In this document: positions 37,002 through 41,746 of the stretch, one piece after another
How the letters are laid out: the number at the start of each line of letters is the position of its first letter
How positions within the stretch are numbered: the stretch's first letter is position 1
Sequence record: SRR31156797_786
Direction: 5' to 3' (one strand)
DNA length: 41,746 nucleotides
Position numbers and translations under genes: made by a program
Notes under the pieces: generated by a model
What the model saw: the letters and a program-made list of their open reading frames with translations, nothing else
Databases searched by the model: none
Told to the model about the DNA's origin: nothing

Positions 37002-37685
37002 TTATGCCGATACCGGTTTTTGCTCCAATATCAGGAGAGCGTCTACCGCCACGGGGTTGCTTCCCGAGAGAATCAGGGGATTGATGTCGATCTCTTTGAC
37101 GGCATCGTTTTCGAGACCGATCCGGCCCACATTGATGAGGATGTCGGCCAGCAGGTCCCGATCCGCCGCGGGCATGCCCCGGACGGCATCCAGGATTTTG
37201 TGGGCTTTGATTTCCGACATCATTTCAAGGGCGTCGTACTTTTCAAGTGGCGCCACGCGGAAGGTGATGTCCTTCAATACTTCGGTGAAGATGCCCCCAA
37301 GACCGAACATGACGCAAGGGCCGAACTGGGGATCACGGGTGAGACCCACCACCAGTTCCCGCTGCCCTTTGATCATTTCCTGGACCAGTATCTCATCATC
37401 CTCAGCCATGTTGGCCATGATGTTTTGAAAGGCGTCAAGCGCTTCTTCCGTGTTCCTGATATCCACCCGGATCAACCCTTTTCCCGTTTTGTGGGCGATA
37501 TTGGATGAACAACCCTTTAATACAAGGGGAAAACCGATTTCTTCTATGGCCGCCCGTAAACCGTCTTCATCGGTTACCGTCCGTTCTCGGGTAACGGGAA
37601 TATGGTACGCTTCGAGAACCTGTTTGGACTCATATTCGGAAAGGGCGCTTCGCCCCTCGCTTACGGCTTTTTGTAGGATTTCCAT
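37002..37685 (-). CDS. ADP-forming acetate/acyl-CoA ligase ATP-grasp (beta) subunit
   Basis: GGGAGG RBS; LSEYESK.VL..Y.IP, GFPLVLK, HKT, RDPQFGPCVMFGLGGIFTE, EIDINP. Confidence 0.92.
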   Translation of the reverse strand: MEILQKAVSEGRSALSEYESKQVLEAYHIPVTRERTVTDEDGLRAAIEEIGFPLVLKGCSSNIAHKTGKGLIRVDIRNTEEALDAFQNIMANMAEDDEILVQEMIKGQRELVVGLTRDPQFGPCVMFGLGGIFTEVLKDITFRVAPLEKYDALEMMSEIKAHKILDAVRGMPAADRDLLADILINVGRIGLENDAVKEIDINPLILSGSNPVAVDALLILEQKPVSA

Positions 37686-37836
37686 GTGTGCCTCCCAAAT
37701 GATTCTGCTGCATGATTTCAGCTTTTTTCCATGGCGCTGATGTGGTAAGATTTGGTGGCAGCATAGAAAAATCATTGATGTTTGTCAATCATTGGAAGGC
37801 ACTTTCGAGAATGTGGAAGGTGCCTGCGATCCCATA

Positions 37837-38580
37837 ATGAACACACATATTTCCGAAAGCATTATCACAAGAACCTGGGAGTTTGGTGAAACGGATCTCC
37901 TGGTCAGCTTTTTTACCACCGACAGGGGTCGGCTTAAGGGGGTTGCAAAGGGGGCCAGAAAGAGCAGCAGGCGTTTTGCCAACTGCCTGGATTTATTTTG
38001 CCTGACCCGGCTGGAATATGAGCGCAAAAGCGGGCGGGACCTCTATTTCCTCCACTCGGGAAAGCTGATTCATGGTTTTCCGGAGTTGAGAACCGATTTC
38101 CATGCCCTGTCCCTGGCCAGCTACATGGTTGAACTGGCGGAAACCCTCTTTCCCCTGGGTGTTGCGGAACAGCGTATGTTTCTTCTCCTCAAAAACGCTT
38201 TGTCAGCCCTTTCGGGCGACATCAAAAAAGAAGAACTGCGGATTCTTTTTGAAGCCAAGGCCATGGCCCTGGGTGGATACCGTATCAATTTTGAACGGTG
38301 CTGCGACTGCGGCAGACGTTATGCCGCTGAGGGGAGGGCCGTCTTTAAATCGAAAAAAGGGGGTATCGCCTGCCTCAAGTGTGAAAAAGAGTCCGCGAGG
38401 CTACCGGGTCTTGACCCCGGTGCGGCCAGGGGATTGGATCAGATACAAACGACCCCCCTGGAGGATTCCCAAAAGGGGTTGTTGACCCATCAGTTGATGG
38501 ATGAAATGAAAAAGGTGCTTCGATTGCACCTGTCCTACAGCCTTGGGAAGGAACTGAAAACCGCCCGGTATCTATCATAA
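37837..38580 (+). CDS. recO: DNA repair protein RecO
   Basis: FGETDLLVSFFT..RG...VAKGARKS.RRF; Zn finger CCDCG...GGIACLKC. Confidence 0.95.
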   Translation: MNTHISESIITRTWEFGETDLLVSFFTTDRGRLKGVAKGARKSSRRFANCLDLFCLTRLEYERKSGRDLYFLHSGKLIHGFPELRTDFHALSLASYMVELAETLFPLGVAEQRMFLLLKNALSALSGDIKKEELRILFEAKAMALGGYRINFERCCDCGRRYAAEGRAVFKSKKGGIACLKCEKESARLPGLDPGAARGLDQIQTTPLEDSQKGLLTHQLMDEMKKVLRLHLSYSLGKELKTARYLS

Positions 38581-38857
38581 GATCAGGTCTCCGCCCCTGG
38601 CCATGGACGAGGAAGCATATCGATTCAATGCACGAAAACCGGAATCCACGGGCACCGACCTCGGCTGGAGATTTTGAGTGCAAATCATGGCGATTTGGTA
38701 TAGAATTTTGTTATCATGAAAGAAATCTCCCTTTTCAAAGCATGATCCAAGCAACGATTGGGGGGACTGATGAAGATTGCAAAGGCTCATACACGGCGTC
38801 AAGGATGCAGCCGGATATGGGCTTTTTTCATTCTGACGGTATCCGGGGGATCTTCTG

Positions 38858-40903
38858 ATGGCCACAAAACCGACCTATGAAGAATTGGAAAGAACGATCA
38901 GGCTTTTGAAAAAGGAAGGTTCCGATTTGAAGCGGGATAAGGGTGCAAGTGTCGCAACGGAAACAAAAATGGATGAAACTTCTATCCTCAAGGGAAAGGA
39001 AAGCGAGCAAAAATACCGGGCGCTGATTGATACGATGAATGAAGGGTTGGTGGAGGTCGATGAAAACTGGAATATCATCTTTATCAATCGTCGCTTCGAG
39101 GAAATGATCGGTTACAGTTCTTCCCAACTTATAGGCCGTCCATTTCACGATTTTGTAAAAGAAACATATGCTTTGCGGGCACAAGAGGAGCACGCCCGCC
39201 GGCGCCGGGGAGAAACGGGTCGCTATGAACTTGAACTGGTGAGAGGAGATGGGGAAGCCATTTCCGTATTCTGCTCTCCAAAGCCCTATTATGATCCGGA
39301 TGGCCGGTACCTCGGCGGCCTCGGAATCGTGGCGGACATCACCAAGCAGAAGGCAGCTGAAAAAGAGCTTCGTGAAAGCGAAGAGAAATATCGAAGTCTG
39401 TTTGAAAATGCTCCCATGGGCATATGCATTTTGGATGATGAGGGAAATATTCTGGATTTCAACGATGCCATGCTAAGGCTCCACGGTTGCAGCCGAGAAG
39501 ACCGTTTGGCTATCGGATTTACAATCGATTATTACTACAATCCTGAGGATAGAAAAGATGTTATTGCTAACCTTACCAAAGACGGTTCAGTAAACGAAAT
39601 GGAGGTCAAGTTCAAACGAAAGGACGGAACCCCCTATGATGTACTCCTCAGTGTACTGCCCATCGAGATCGGCGGCGAATCCTTGTGGCAAGCGATCATA
39701 CAAGACATTTCCGAACGAAAGCAGGCTGAAAAGAAGATGGCAATACTGGCGGAGAAACTGAGGCAATCCCAGAAAATGGAGGCCATCGGTACGCTCACCG
39801 GCGGCATCGCCCATGACTACAACAATCTTATGTCCATCATCATGGGCAACCTGTCCCTGGCCATGGATGAAGCGGAAGCAGGGTCTCTTCTGGCGTATTA
39901 TCTCAATGAGGTAAACACCGCCTCCCGCAAAGTACGGGACCTGACCCATGAACTGATGGCACTTTCCAGAGGCGGAGCGCCGGTGAAGAAAATCGGATCT
40001 TTGAAGGAGCCGCTGGAAAGCGCTTTAGCCGTCATCCCCGCCGACGGCGGCATTTCAGTTGAAGTATCGATTTCCCGGGATCTAAGACCGGTTCCCCATG
40101 ATCCCCATAAAATGGGGGCTGTTTTCAGAAACGTGTTGACCAACGCGGTTGAGGCCATGCCTGATGGGGGAACGCTTAAAATCAAGGGGGAGAACGTGCG
40201 GATCCGGGGGGAAACCCGGGACCCCGGTCTCCCCCTGAAGCCGGGCCATTATGTAAATATTTCCATTGAGGACCGGGGGAGGGGCATCCCGCAAGATCAT
40301 TTGGAAAAGATCTTTGATCCCTATTTCTCCACCAAAGTCAGGGGCGTGGAGAAAGGGATGGGTTTGGGTCTGACCACCGCCTATGCCATTGTACAAAAGC
40401 ACGGGGGGCACATTGCCGTAGACTCCACCGTGGAAACGGGGACCACCATGGACATTTACCTTCCCGCGGGAAGGGAACCGTTGAAAGTCCATGGCAAAAC
40501 CCCTTCGGAAAGCGGTTTCCCATCAACCACCAAGCGGGTGCTGGTGATGGATGATGAGGAGATGCTGAGAAAACTGGCTGAACTGATGTTGAAAAGATTG
40601 GGTTACGCCGTGGAAACCGTGAAAGACGGTTTTGAAGCCGTTGAGGCTTACAAAAGGCGGAAGGCTTCGGGCGAGCCCTTTGACGCCGTCATACTGGACC
40701 TCACCATCAAGGGGGGGATGGGCGGAGAACAAACCATGGGTGAATTGCGGAAAATCGATCCCCATATCAAGGCCATTGTATGCAGTGGCTATTTCAACGA
40801 CCCGGTGATGGCCCATTATGAGGAACGCGGTTTTCGAGGGGCCTTGGCCAAGCCTTACCATAATAAAGATCTTGAAAGTGTTTTGAAAAAGGTTCTGGGG
40901 TGA
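38858..40903 (+). CDS. Cytoplasmic hybrid sensor kinase (PAS-PAS-HisKA-HATPase-REC)
   Basis: QKMEAIGTLTGGIAHDYNN, NAVEAM, DRGRGI, FDPYFSTK, GMGLGL; REC with VMDDE and ILDLT. Confidence 0.95.
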   Translation: MATKPTYEELERTIRLLKKEGSDLKRDKGASVATETKMDETSILKGKESEQKYRALIDTMNEGLVEVDENWNIIFINRRFEEMIGYSSSQLIGRPFHDFVKETYALRAQEEHARRRRGETGRYELELVRGDGEAISVFCSPKPYYDPDGRYLGGLGIVADITKQKAAEKELRESEEKYRSLFENAPMGICILDDEGNILDFNDAMLRLHGCSREDRLAIGFTIDYYYNPEDRKDVIANLTKDGSVNEMEVKFKRKDGTPYDVLLSVLPIEIGGESLWQAIIQDISERKQAEKKMAILAEKLRQSQKMEAIGTLTGGIAHDYNNLMSIIMGNLSLAMDEAEAGSLLAYYLNEVNTASRKVRDLTHELMALSRGGAPVKKIGSLKEPLESALAVIPADGGISVEVSISRDLRPVPHDPHKMGAVFRNVLTNAVEAMPDGGTLKIKGENVRIRGETRDPGLPLKPGHYVNISIEDRGRGIPQDHLEKIFDPYFSTKVRGVEKGMGLGLTTAYAIVQKHGGHIAVDSTVETGTTMDIYLPAGREPLKVHGKTPSESGFPSTTKRVLVMDDEEMLRKLAELMLKRLGYAVETVKDGFEAVEAYKRRKASGEPFDAVILDLTIKGGMGGEQTMGELRKIDPHIKAIVCSGYFNDPVMAHYEERGFRGALAKPYHNKDLESVLKKVLG

Positions 40904-41746
40904 TCAATCCAGCAGGTGGGGCAGCCAGAGGGATATCTCCGGGAGATAAGTAATGGCCGCGAGACAGCCTGCCATGAGCAAAATGAAGGGTACCACCGAT
41001 ATGGCCACTTCCACAAAGCTGCGGCCGGACACGGCGCTGGCCACGTACAGGTTCGGGCCCATGGGCGGGGTCAGGAAACCCAGTTCAAGGTTGAAAATAA
41101 AGATTATTCCGAAATGGATCGGGTTCAGACCGAACTGCTCGATCAGGGGCTGGAAGAACGGCATCAGGATGATCATGGCGGTGATGATATCCAGAAAGCA
41201 ACCCACGAATATGAGAAAAACATTGAGAACCGCGAGAAAAACCCATTTGGAATGGATGAGTGAGAAGAGGATGGCCGCCAGCTTGTCAGGGATCTCCTCG
41301 CTGGCCAAGAACCAGGAGAGCGCGGTGGAATTGCACAGGATGAACAAAAGGCACCCCGAAAACACCGCCGACTCCCGCACCATGACGAAAAGTTCTTTGA
41401 GACTTACCTCCTTGTGGATCAGAATCTCCACGAAAGCCACATAGACCACGCAGACCGCCGACGCCTCCGTGGGGGTGAATACCCCGGAATAGATGCCGCC
41501 CAGAACCAGAACCGGCATACCCAAGGCCCAGACGCTGTTTCGTAAGGCTTCCGTTACCCGTTTTCGGGATATGCCTTCTTTCTGCCGCCAGCCGTGGCGT
41601 TTGGAAAGAAGGTAGGCGTAAATGATGAGTACCAGCCCCAACAGGAGTCCGGGGCCCACACCGGCCATGAATTGACGGGTCACTGAGACGTCCATGATGC
41701 CGCCGTAAAGGATCATGGGAATGCTGGGGGGGATCATGATGCCCAG
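40904..41746 (-). CDS. dctM: TRAP transporter large permease DctM, 3' part; gene starts beyond the window
   Basis: IPPSIPMILYG, GGIYSGVFTPTEASA, PIHFGII, GFLTPPMG.NL. Confidence 0.95.
   Translation of the reverse strand: MGIMIPPSIPMILYGGIMDVSVTRQFMAGVGPGLLLGLVLIIYAYLLSKRHGWRQKEGISRKRVTEALRNSVWALGMPVLVLGGIYSGVFTPTEASAVCVVYVAFVEILIHKEVSLKELFVMVRESAVFSGCLLFILCNSTALSWFLASEEIPDKLAAILFSLIHSKWVFLAVLNVFLIFVGCFLDIITAMIILMPFFQPLIEQFGLNPIHFGIIFIFNLELGFLTPPMGPNLYVASAVSGRSFVEVAISVVPFILLMAGCLAAITYLPEISLWLPHLLD

Overview
A 41.7 kb chromosomal window, probably from an anaerobic Desulfobacterota (deltaproteobacterium). This is inferred from gene content, such as the KPTYEELE-type kinase N-terminus and the CxxC...HxxCxxC output domain. 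Left to right: (1) the decayed end of a type I restriction-modification locus (hsdM 3' end, fic, broken RecG-C/HTH gene); (2) an operon of a TonB-dependent receptor, a stand-alone TiaS-like enzyme and a dedicated ECF transporter; (3) an Lrp regulator plus FAD oxidoreductase; (4) a cysteine desulfidase-like gene, UroD/MtaA-like gene, TAXI-TRAP transporter and GntR, with the middle cassette bracketed by a diverged duplicate of the desulfidase 3' end; (5) a minus-strand run of accessory genes and fragments separated by degenerate attC-like sites, plus an imine-reductase-like gene flanked by 29-bp inverted repeats; (6) spy/cpxP preceded by an atypical cobalamin-riboswitch-like element; (7) an orphan muramidase plus a 1037-aa uncharacterised membrane protein; (8) housekeeping genes (hflX, gpmI, nitroreductase, acyl-CoA ligase subunit, recO), a hybrid histidine kinase and a partial dctM. 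No rRNA, tRNA, CRISPR array, integrase or transposase was recognised. All family calls come from motif recognition by eye, not database searches.
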